This document shows positions 1 to 10,747 of a DNA stretch of 64,000 nt, piece by piece. Origin of the DNA: Hormiphora californensis. Taxonomy: Eukaryota; Animalia; Ctenophora. The translations under genes and the position numbers were made by a program. The stretch covers positions 6,076,001-6,140,000 of the forward strand of contig CM035350.1 of the NCBI GenBank assembly GCA_020137815.1. The letters are read 5' to 3'. The notes under the pieces are model-generated. The model saw only the letters and a program-made list of their open reading frames with translations. It was not told where the DNA came from and made no database searches. The stretch's first letter is position 1. Every line of letters begins with the position of its first letter.

Positions 1-19
1 GTATCAGGCATTTTGTTAT

Positions 20-310
20 ACATACTTATCGCGATAACTAATCGCGATAAAAATTATAACGGATTCGTGATTATTTAGTTATCGCGATTAGCTATCGCGA
101 TTACCTATCGTGATTAGCTATTGCAATTAGCTATCCGCGATTGGTTATTATGATATTATTACTTACTCACGATAAGTTATGGTGGTTAGTTATCCGCGAT
201 TACTATTATTCATTAGTTATCAGCGATTGATATCCGCGATTGGTTCTCCGAGATTGTTCTATGATTTTGATCATTAGTCACGGATAATTATCACGGATAA
301 ACATTGATAA
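20..310. repeat. Degenerate ~12-bp tandem minisatellite with palindromic ATCGCGAT core
   Basis: Recurring units ttagctatcgcga / ttacctatcgtga / gttatccgcga through the first 300 bp. Confidence 0.8.
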
Positions 311-314
311 TCAG

Positions 315-700
315 ATATATCTGATACAATCAGGTTCTAGATGCTAATTCGCTCTTTTCTCGGTGGTTTTTAAAATCGTCTTATATTTAAGACAGTTATA
401 ACTCTAGATATGACTAACAATTATAACTGAAAATGCGGCAGTAAACCTAGTTTAATAAAATATATCTGATTCAATGTTAATTTAGACTCTGAATCGCTCC
501 TTTTTAGGCGTTTTTAAAATCGTCTTAAATTTAAGACAGTCATACATCTAGATATGACTACCAATTATACCTCAAATTACAGCAGTTGACATACGTTGGC
601 AAAATATATATGATAAAATCATGATTTATAGTTAAATTTGCCCTTTTCTAGGTTTTTTTGAAAATCGTCTTAAATCTTAATACAGTCATATGCCTATAAC
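315..700. repeat. Diverged ~145-bp tandem repeat, ~2.7 copies
   Basis: AAAATCGTCTTA recurs at 372, 516 and 661; TATAT(C/A)TGAT at ~316, ~459 and ~605; TCTAGATATGACTA in two copies. Confidence 0.8.
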
Positions 701-705
701 TGAAG

Positions 706-1146
706 AACCGTAACTCGGATTTGCTTGAAATTTTGAACGTGTGTTCAATATGTCAAGGCAATACCACGTACCAAGCGGCGTATTCGTAGAACGACGGGAA
801 GGCTGTCTTAAACGCCAAAGAAAACTTAAGACTGTCATAACTTTTGTTATGACTCTCCGTTTATTCTGTCCAAGCTTTAATACAAGGTTCACCACTAGAC
901 CTACCGACTCCCAAAGTTTCATGGCGATAGCTTTAAAACTGTGGCCCCCATCGTGTACGCAAAAAGGTCGTTACTTTACGGTCGTTCGTCACGCTAAAAA
1001 CGGACATTTTGTCCAAAACACGACCCTCTGTAGCGCAAAAACCGTAACTCCAATTTGCATGAAATTTTGAACGTGTCCTCTAGGTGTCAAGGCAACACGA
1101 ACTACCAAGCGGCAAGTTCGTAGGACAACGGGAAGATTGTCTAAAA
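706..1146. repeat. Two diverged ~105-bp direct repeats (706-810 and 1038-1146), probably interior of a non-autonomous DNA element
   Basis: AACCGTAACTC...TGAAATTTTGAACGTGT...TGTCAAGGCAA...TACCAAGCGGC...TTCGTAG...ACGGGAAG seen twice. Confidence 0.7.
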
Positions 1147-1451
1147 CAAAGTTGAAATTGCCGATTTCAGACAATAAGTATAGTAGCGCTGTCAGAATTT
1201 TCAAAAATTTTCAAAAATTATTTTTCGTAATTTCGAATTTCCATTTACTGGAAGGAAGAATGCTTGGAGGAGGGATATTTTTAGGGGAAGTTTGGTTGGG
1301 GGGAGGGAGGATTGGGCCCCGGGCGCTTGCCAGCGCTATGATAAATATATAACCTGTCAGGGCAACACTCTGACCACGGTTCTCACCTGTCAGAGAATTG
1401 GCCCGACCCATTCTCGTCGAGAGAACTGTGGTCACTGGTCAGAGCATTGGC

Positions 1452-1522
1452 CTGACCCCAGTGTTATTGCTGAATTTGGGTGGTTACTAACCACCCAAAT
1501 TCAGCAATAACACTGGGGTCAG
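1452..1522. repeat. Perfect 71-bp hairpin (35-bp arms, 1-nt loop) at the end of a CTGTCAGAGCATTGG-family repeat
   Basis: CTGACCCCAGTGTTATTGCTGAATTTGGGTGGTTA-c-TAACCACCCAAATTCAGCAATAACACTGGGGTCAG. The same family motif recurs at ~2895, ~15805 (reverse) and ~25550. Confidence 0.9.
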
Positions 1523-1544
1523 CTCGGTAGCTGGAATCTAAATA

Positions 1545-2354
1545 CTTACTTACTTGACTTAAGGCGGGTGGAATTCCCGAACGCCTTGAACAAGTTTTCT
1601 CCACGCATCACGTTCCTCCATCACTGAAGCTATCTCCTTCACGTCACTCAGACCCGTATCTTGCCGTAGAACGTCCACAAAGGTTTTCTCAGGTCTGCCA
1701 CGTTTGGCTTGACCATGGAGCGGTTCCCAAAGAAGAACTCTATGGAGGGTTAGCTCAGGATGACGTTGAGCGTGACCGGCTAGACGTAGTCTGCGTTCTG
1801 CTATTTTCGTGCTGAGGATAGGTAGCCCTCCAACAACAACGTTCCATTGGTCATACGGAGTTGCCACTGGTTCTTGTTGAGCGCGATTCTCAATCTCAGC
1901 ATCCGGGTGTATGTTCCATTGAGGCTCTTCTCCATTTGTTTGGTTAGGGTCCACGTTTCACAGCCATAGAGGAGGACGGTTTCGACGGTAGCTACAAACA
2001 ACCTGCACTTTATTTCGTCTTTCAGATCGGAGTTCCAGGTCTTCTCTTAACAGTCTCTGGATGGACAATTCGGTGCTCCTGAATACCCAAAAGACCAATA
2101 CCATGTTTAGAGAATTGATAAGCCAGCTCGCTGACTTTGTCAGCTGTTCGGAGTGTTCTGCAGTTGAAGGTGCCTATGCGTGTTCTGTGTATAACTTTGT
2201 TCATATTGTTTTTCTTTGGTTACGGTTACCCCGTCCGGATCACCACTCCGGGACGGCTGGATCTCTCTAGAGTTAGCCAGGACAACATATAATGGGAGTT
2301 GAACTGAAGGACTCTGAGTGCATAATTTACCACTGGTTTGTTCCACTAAGCCTA
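1545..2354 (-). mobile_element. RTE-clade LINE, internally deleted (APE N-terminus joined to the post-RT C-terminus)
   Basis: 2204-2050 encodes IGTFNCRTL...GLLGIQEHR (APE motifs). From ~2045 it reads KTWNSDLKDEIKCRLFVATVETVLLYGCETWTL...RRLRLAGHAQRH...RGRPEKTFVDVLRQD...RDAWR (RTE C-terminus, frameshifted). The 3' tail is AAGTCAAGTAAGTAAG. The RT core is absent. Confidence 0.85.
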
Positions 2355-2545
2355 TAGAAGGCAGAGTGGTGCATAAATAACTGAAGTAAAATGTATTAGA
2401 AGGCAGAGTGGTGCATATAATAACTGAAGTAAAATGTATTAGAACAGCTATTTAGATTCCAGCTATATATCGCTGCTAAATGGTGTCATACCATATCAGG
2501 ACCACTAACGCAGCTGTCTGATCTCGGGTTAGTACTAACACGGTC

Positions 2546-2711
2546 GCTTGTAGTGGGAAAACGGTAATGGAAATCGAAGATACAGTAAGACGACGCGCAA
2601 CCGTGACCAATCAGGGCGCTAGTACGTGCTGACACATGAACTTTTTGCCGCGCGTTATGCACCGTGCGCGTCTCCTTACTGTATTTTCATTACGGTAATT
2701 TGACTACAAGC
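2546..2711. mobile_element. Short MITE-like element with imperfect TIRs
   Basis: GCTTGTAGT...ACTACAAGC ends; internal ATACAGTAAG..GACGCGCA / TGCGCGTC..CTTACTGTAT inverted pair. Confidence 0.6.
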
Positions 2712-3518
2712 AGCACTGTATCTCGGGTTACTACTATAATATATCAGCTTGTCTTTCTAACTACTATATATAATATTGTGAATAATCATGATAATGAGAT
2801 CTGAGCAAGAATTAAATAGGGAAGTAAATCGAAATATCTAATATATTGGGAGACCATCTTTGTCTGCCTGTGACAGGCAGCCTGTCAGAGAACCGCTGTC
2901 AGAGCATTGGTCTGACAGCTGCTGAATTATAAAATTAAACACATATAATGATATGTTATAAAAAGCTATTACATACTATTACTACTATAACGTTCGGCGT
3001 TAACTGGGCCACGTTCCTCGGTGGATAAGCACAATATATATCTGTTCAAGTCGCCCGTAGGACGGTCGGGCCGCTTATAGGAGTTGGTACACGGCTGACG
3101 GCAAACATTATATAGGTAATGTCTTGAAAGATAAATTGTTAAGTGCCCCATCCCTGAGCTGTGAGAAGTAATTTCTTAGCTCATTCTTAGCGTTTTTTGC
3201 TCAAAAGTAAATGTGTACGGCAACAAAGCAATGTGCAAAGCTAAGAGAGAAGAGAGCTGTCGCGCTCCATAGGCATACAGCTACTGAAACCGGCAAATAG
3301 GAGCTTGCAATTGTAGTGTGTTTCTCTTCTCTCTCTCCCATCTAGAGAGAGAGAGAGAGGGAAGAAGGAGAGAGGATAGAGAGAGAAGAGAGAGAGAGCG
3401 AGGAGAGGAGAGAGCGAGAGCGAGAGAGAAGAGAGAGACGACCGAGGAGAGCCGAGAGGCGTAATTTCCAGATAAAGTGCGCGCTCTCATTCTCTCCTCT
3501 CTCCTATTCCTATCTCTA

Positions 3519-3556
<38 letters not shown>

Positions 3557-3856
3557 AAGTATTAACCCAATTAGCCCCAAGTAAAAGTTAAGTACCTGCA
3601 GTACAAGTACAACATTACAAAATTGCTATACTTTTCATGAACAGCATTGTGAAAGGAACAAAAAAATCACGCAATCCACCATTAATTTGTTGAGTAACCA
3701 CGATTATTTTGATTATTCTGAATCATGAATGAGAATGAGATCTGAGCAAGGATTAAATAGGGAAGAAAATCGAAAAACATTGGATTTGACCTTTCATGCA
3801 TGCAGAAGGTCAAATCCAATCTGCAGACCAGAGTTCGAAACTAAATAATATAGGTC

Positions 3857-3996
3857 CGATTTTTAAGAAAGTGAACCGGGGGCACGCGAAATGAAGTTTT
3901 GAACCGGTGGCACGCGACTTTTGCACGTGCATTTTCTAAGCGCTCCTACTAAAATGCTCTGATTTGCACGCAAGCGGTTCGCTTTATTAAAAATCG
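3857..3996. mobile_element. MITE with ~22-bp TIRs
   Basis: CGATTTTTAAGAAAGTGAACCG ... CGGTTCGCTTTATTAAAAATCG. Confidence 0.6.
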
Positions 3997-4478
3997 CACT
4001 TTAAGCTACCAATCCATTAATAATTGTTGAGTAAAGGGTCCTCTAAGTACTATGATAATAGTTAGGGATAGCATGCATTTGTAATATGTATGACCATTGA
4101 CCACATATAATAATAAATGACCTCTCTTTCTGAGAAAGAATACAAATATCTCATACAAAATAAAGTATCCATATCACAAAATCACCACAAGAGAGAGATA
4201 GAGAAAGTTTCTCTGTATCTTCTAACAACAGAAGTTTTCATTGTTGTTACATGTTTGAACATTTCTCCAATGACTTCGATCTAGCAAGCGAGAGGTAGCA
4301 AGAACACTAGATCTCTAGCTCCCGTCTAGATCTACCTCAGCTGATCGAACTAGCTGTCTCTAGTTATATATCGAGCAGATGAAGAGCGTATCATCTATCA
4401 TCTCTCGAGATATATCTCTCATCTCGTTATATATCTCTCTATAGCTATCTGTCTCATAGTCGATCTATGAGAGATCTT

Positions 4479-4526
<48 letters not shown>

Positions 4527-5299
4527 AGCTACCAATTGCAATCCATTAAGTTTCACACACAAGCCCTATAGCAAATATTGTGATGGGATTTTGTTATGTT
4601 CTAATCCTTTACAACGCGGTGAAGCAGGGCCGAACAATGCAAATGGGATTGTGGTGTTGAGATTGCAAGAAGTCCCAATTGATATTATAAACATATAAAT
4701 GAAAAATCTGACCATCTTGTAGCGTGTAGTAACCAGGCCGCGGGGAGTGATTGGTTTCGAAGTTACCCCTATTATTACTTTCGCGGTGGGGTAATTTCAT
4801 TACCAATAGCTATTAATTGGAGAGTGATCAGTGAACCCTGTCAATATCGTCATATATATCAAGAAATTCTTGTTCAAGGTTTCACAGATTTGATAGTAAC
4901 CGATAGTTATACCGATACCACATGCTATACTGCAGCTGAGATTTCTTGGAGAAGCTTAGGGTTGGCAATATGGAAATGAAAGTGTCCCATCTCCACATAT
5001 CTCTCTTTGCCTGGCTAGACTGTGTTCCGGGCGCACAAATGTAAAGGGAGAACATAGAGGAGTGTTTTAACATGGATTCTTCATAGGAAGAAACCTTGTC
5101 AATACCACTACACATGCACAATGCATCACCGGGCAAAATGGCTTCCCCCGAGGATCCCGGTGAATCGGGGTCCGATTGTACTAACAAAATTTAATGTTCT
5201 TATCAGTCCCACACGCACGCCCAAAAAGTGTGCTTTAGTACCAGCACGCTACGTAAATTGTGCGTCTCAACACCGTGTTTCTATACCCTTTCTCCACTA

Positions 5300-5459
5300 C
5301 AGTCGGACCCCGATTTAGGGGCCCCCGATTTAGTGGCACCCCGATTTAGTGACAGGATTTTTTTCCCCCGATATAGGAAATTAACCTTATTTGACCCCGA
5401 TTTAGTGGACACCCCGATTTAGTGGACAAGAGCCTTTCCCCTAAATCGGGGTCCGACTG
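5300..5459. mobile_element. Tc1/mariner-pogo-type MITE (CAGTCGGACCCCGATTTA TIR, TA TSD)
   Basis: TA|CAGTCGGACCCCGATTTAGGGG...CCCCTAAATCGGGGTCCGACTG|TA with internal CCCCGATTTAGTG repeats. Related solo ends at 5128-5180 and 35606-35675. Confidence 0.85.
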
Positions 5460-5985
5460 TATAATATTACAAGTGACCGAGTTACATTCAACTTACCTAT
5501 AGTACTACAGAACTACTAAAACCACACAAAATAAATTGTTGCAAACTAACTATAGTTCTTTGTAACCTATTGCAACCCCTCCCACGCGCTCGGTCCCCTA
5601 TTGTATTCATATTTCGCTGAGAAAGAGGACCTATAAAAGTTTCTCAATTGCAGCCAATGGAATAGTTTTAAGAGGTTTTATAATGTCATCACTCCATGCA
5701 GTGCTGGTACAAAGGAGTAGTTAAACAATGCCGGGGCAGTATATTACGTGTAACTCCTTCCATAGGACCCATGTGTAATTGGGTTTTTGAAACCATTCAT
5801 CTCAGACCATATATGTACCATTAACCCCAGACCACTTTATAACTAGGGAACACAAACTAGACAATTCATATTGGTTTACAAAAAGCAGCAAATTATTGTA
5901 ATAGTTTACTAAAAATTGTAGAAATTTCCCAACCCGTGCAAAATACAATAAAATCCCGCAACCCGTTAATCACTCTCCATGCCGG

Positions 5986-8900
5986 TCAATTTGTTGGTCT
6001 ATACCGACTATATCCCGACATTCTGAAGTCTAAATCAAAAGTTTTCTCTAAAAACTGTCTCTTATCAGCAGTCAGTGTCTCAATATAGTCCCATACTTCG
6101 TTCATCTCCGTCTCCTTCTTCTCGGAGCGGTTCTCCCGGTTGAGGAAGACGGCCCTGTCCTCCCAGATACCCAGGATCTCAGTCAGGTACCATAGTTCCA
6201 GTGGTTCCTCCTCTAGCAATGCTATGTACTCTATATGGTTGCTGCAGATGTTACAGAACTCGGCAGCCGGCTTCCAATGTCCATCCCAGTCGTTTGACGA
6301 CCTCCGAGCACTGAACAAGGGGAGACATGATTAGGTGAGGAGTTAGCAGCTACAATATTGTATTGGAATTAAGAACTGTCGCGTGATCGAGTTCTGCATG
6401 ACCGTTCTTTCAGTGCGACTATAAAATTGTGTGAATGAAACTGAAAGGACCTTTTAGAATGGTGCCTTAACCGGCGAAGCGAGTGGGTTATTAAAAACCA
6501 ATTCCTCTAGGCTCTAAATACAGCCCATACATGGTTAAGACTAGTTTTGTTGTTTTATTCCACGATCAGCCCACAGATATTAAGCAGAATATAAGCAGAA
6601 TTATATGCTGAATAATTCATTATTTTATATTATATGCTGAATATAAAAGAACCCACAAGATTTCTCTTGAAATTTCCACGAAATTTCTCTTAGTTTATAG
6701 AATTCTTGAAATCAAGTAAATATCTGTATGGCGGCGCCATACCCCATTTGATTCGACACTCTACAGTGCGCTCAGATGGGGTCGCGGCGCCATACAGGTA
6801 AAAATTCGATGTGTGAAATTCAATTATAATCCATTAAAAGCAATAACATTTTGATTGCTTTCGATGGGTTATAATTTGCAAAATAAAGTAGTAGCAGATT
6901 ATAATAAGTACTCTACTATTATACTAAGATACTTGCAGTCATCAGTGATGCTTTTCTCAGCTCTGATAATTCTAGAAACAATTTTACATTATTTTAGACA
7001 CTTTCTCTGACAGGTTCTCTATGTTGATTATGCTCCCTTGTACAACTATTTAACTACAATATGCTAGCAAAGAACCCGTCATATTTGACGGGTTCTCCGA
7101 CACATGTACTGCAACTCGAGGACATCAATGAAACTGAGCGGTATCAGTATAATATCTCTCCGATTCTGCAAAGGTCCTTCACTCTACGCTCTAAGTGACC
7201 AGGAACTGGTATTGCCTTACTCTCGTTTTTTAAGAAACGCTTTAGTAAGAAACTTTTTTATAAGAAACTTTTAAAATGTAAATCACACAATTCAGAGACA
7301 CCACAACAAAATAGAACACCCCTAACTTGTTTAGTTTCTTGATAAAGGAGAAATTCTTTTTGTTTTTGGATTGCTTAAACCTGTAGTTTCCTAGAAAAAA
7401 AGTTCCTTATTTAAAAGTTTCTTGAAATATGCGAGCTTAATTAACGAGAGTAAGGTATTAGTGCCAATTGGCGAATACGTCATAAATCACATAAATACGA
7501 ATAATTAATGAACCGGGGGTGGTAGAGGCCTATGGGATGGTGCTTTGGACTTTCTATAGAGCATATCAGCTAGTCAAATTTAAAATTCTAGACCCAACTT
7601 CCCATAGCCGACCCTACTATAACCCGAACGGAAAAACCTTCATGAAAGTGAAACGTATCACGGCAGATCCATTCGATCTCCATGCTGGCCGGCCTATAGT
7701 TGTGTTTATATGATTGGGGTATACGTACTGTGCCATGGCATCGACCATTTCTGTAAATTTAGCGTGGGGAGGATCAAAGTATGGGTTACTTTCTGAGTGA
7801 GACGGGGCCTCTCCTTTCTGGTCTTTCAGCTGAAATGTTTGGAATTGTGAGGGCACCGCCAATCGAATTGGACCGTACTCTCTCACCCCGATAAAGGAGG
7901 GTTAGAACATTATAACAAGTGATTCCTTCCAGTTCTAAAGGCATGACATTTACCCAATCAACATAATGGTTGTACTCATTCTTGAATTCCTTCCTCTTGG
8001 AACTGGGTATCGAGTTTTGCCGACCTCTTTCCATTGATGCTAGCATCCAGAATCCTCTGAATAGGTACACCTCGTTGGGTTGGCGAACCCTCTTGAAATG
8101 GCTGACCTAACAGAGAATATTATAGATCATTATATGGGTTAAATGAGTTTGATGATTCTGATTTTGAGAGATTTTGAGGGTTACAACACACTTACCAATC
8201 GAGAGTAGGGGTGTCTCATGACCATGAATCGAATATTTTCCTTGTTTTCTATCTTGTATTCCTGTCTTGTAGCCCCAGATGGCTTGTTTTGACGTTGTCC
8301 CTATATAATATGTTGGGAATCAATGGATTAAGTTTTACATAATTGTCGAAGGGCGATATTGTGGAGACGAGAGTTTCTCACACCGACATTTATGGATCAG
8401 CATGAGAAACTCTCGTCTTTTTTATAACTATGGCCGTATAGTTATAACTGTACTACGGCATTGGGTATGATGTCCCCTCTCTCTCTCTCTGACTAAATGT
8501 AGTGCGTGTGACATCGTGAGAGAGCTGAGAGGGGGTATCATACCCAAACTACGGCACAATGCATAACTCAAAGTGCATCTGGTAACGAAATTGAAGTTAA
8601 TTATACCGTTTTAAGTTGTCTCAACTGCAGGTAATTTAGTTCATACTGTTTCTTGTTCTCCGGAGGATTCTTCACAAACCGGTCGATAAAGTAATTTCGC
8701 CACGTTGTGCTGCCGCCTTTGAACACTGGGCACCACGTAACACCCAACTCACTGCAAGAAAGTATGAAATTATAATGAAAAGAGAGAACAGTTGGCTTCT
8801 TTAAGAAGTTCTTGTGGTTTAAATGAAATTGAAAACTCAAGATATTTCAAGATTATTCTCATAAAATTAAAACAATACCACAATAATAGTTTTTTTAAAG

Positions 8901-10411
8901 TTTCTAGTTCCCCTGCATTGTCCCTAATGTCTCATGCAACTATTATTTGGGTCTTTGTGGTGTCATCATGGACTGGGATCTGGTCACGTTGGATCGCTGT
9001 CTCACTCCTCCGCCAACACTCTGTCTCCCTATACTGCTAGCAGCAGACTGGCTCCTCCCTGCAGCAGACTGACTCCTCCTCACTCTAGCTCCGGGTTTCT
9101 TCAGGGACCCATCAGGTGTTACAGGTCCCAGGGCGGAGAGGGAGTCCATGTTCCCCACTACCACCGCCACAGGGGTAACCACAGGTATTTGATCCTGAGT
9201 CCGGGCCCTGGTGAACAGGCTCCTCGGCAGACAACAACACAAAACGTACATGGCATGTGCTAATTCTGACTACTGCAACAAAAGAGCTGCCTTCTCACAT
9301 GAAGTTGTGTGCGGTGAGCTACAATAGTTATCTGTGTGAGCAAGCTTGTACAGTACGTTGTACCATTCATAAGTTCGAGACAATTTGAACAAGATTCAAG
9401 TACTAACTTGAACTGGTAGAGGTTGTAGCAGTAGGATTGGGGGTAACTCTTGTAGTGAACCTGTTCACAAACCCTCTTCACTTCCTCCATTCGGTCCTCC
9501 ATTCTCTTTGCGATAGCCTGGGAAAATAGGGTGGGGTGGAAATGCTAATTACGTACATATTTGATCATCTATAGTTTTGGCTCATGATATGTTTCTAAAG
9601 TACATGTCTCAGAGTACATGTCTCAGACTCTCCAAAACACTAATCATGTCCCGGACCCCGGTCCAATATTATACTCATGCGAGGGTTTTCCGAACTCGTA
9701 ATTTCAAGTTCTCATTACCTCGTAGTTGTAGTAGTAATACATATCAAGAAAAGTGGTATTTTGTAGATCCAGAGACTTCCCCACTATATCCATATTGAAT
9801 GTCTTATCTAGTTTTTCTCTTGAAGCTATACCCGACATTTCCACCAGTTTTTTTAGATACTTCTTATCAGAATAATCCTCTGACAACAAGTTAACAGCAG
9901 CATCTAATTATGGGCGGTGTGTCTGGGTGAGAAATTAACATTGCATTGGACATTAGTTTGGCTCATGTAACATACCCTTAATTGGTTCCTTCTCAGGCGC
10001 CACAGTTATCTGCAACTCACTCTCTCCACTTTCCCCGGGGTTTGCCGGTACTTTCTCCCCAGCCGATTCGAGCTGGTTCTCATCTTTAATCTGCTGGTTC
10101 ACCTCTATAATCGGCGTGTCTGGCGTGGCCGGTGAGATCACTTCAAAATGATCTTTTGTAGGCTCATCTATAGTGACTAGTTCTGTGATACAACCAGTTA
10201 ACCTCCTTAAGTCAAGATACCCCACACCTGACAGGAGTATAACAGGCCGTTAAATATTGCAAGATATAATATACAGGTTTTCTGACAAACTTGATCGACT
10301 GAATAACAGGATTACCAACTAACCCAAGAATATTGTCGTACAAGCAAAGCAAACTATTAGTAAACACTTTGGAGATAGAACTTTCCGTCGAGTGAGTGTC
10401 CTTGATACCAT
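5986..10411 (-). CDS. Golgi type II carbohydrate sulfotransferase (Sulfotransfer_2 / CHST8-14-like family)
   Basis: Phase-consistent exons 10324-10411, 9976-10227, 9719-9903, 9408-9517, 8607-8751, 8196-8300, 7729-8106 (with a probable internal intron 7887-7953) and 5986-6310. N-terminal anchor MVSRTLTRRK..CLLIVCFACTTIFLGVGYL; 5'-PSB motif WCPVFKGGSTTW; 3'-PB motif RFMVMRHPYSRLVSHF; DGHWKP..EFCNIC; C-terminal DLDFRMSGY. Confidence 0.88.
6724..6798. mobile_element. Mini inverted-repeat element (related copy at ~21895-21960)
   Basis: CTGTATGGCGGCGCCATACCCCAT...ATGGGGTCGCGGCGCCATACAG; shared core ACAGTGCGCTCAGAT in the second copy. Confidence 0.6.
7215..7455. mobile_element. Intronic MITE with 13-bp TIRs
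   Basis: CCTTACTCTCGTT ... AACGAGAGTAAGG; subterminal AAGAAACTTTT repeats inverted at the other end. Confidence 0.65.
8461..8547. mobile_element. 87-bp MITE with 9-bp TSD (Mutator-like signature)
   Basis: ACTACGGCA|TTGGGTATGAT...ATCATACCCAA|ACTACGGCA. Confidence 0.8.
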
Positions 10412-10747
10412 TACGGTTTAGTTCATGTCTCAATACATTCTCTCTGAAATATCGGTGAGGTGCAAACTTTGGGACAAAAAATATACAGAAAAAAGGGCAA
10501 AACTGCATAGAATAATCCAAGTTGCTTCTTCAATGCGGTTATATCAATAGGGATCGAATGTTCAAGCTTTGATAAAGCTTAAAAGGGAGTATAATTCAAA
10601 GGGCGAGATCTACAGATGAAAAGGGTATATTTGGAGCTCGAGGCCCCTCGCGAGGCTTTGTTCGGGACGACTCGATATAACACATCTCACACACACACAA
10701 CAAACTATACCCCGGGCGTAATTATTCCAACTTGGTGATTGTTGCAG

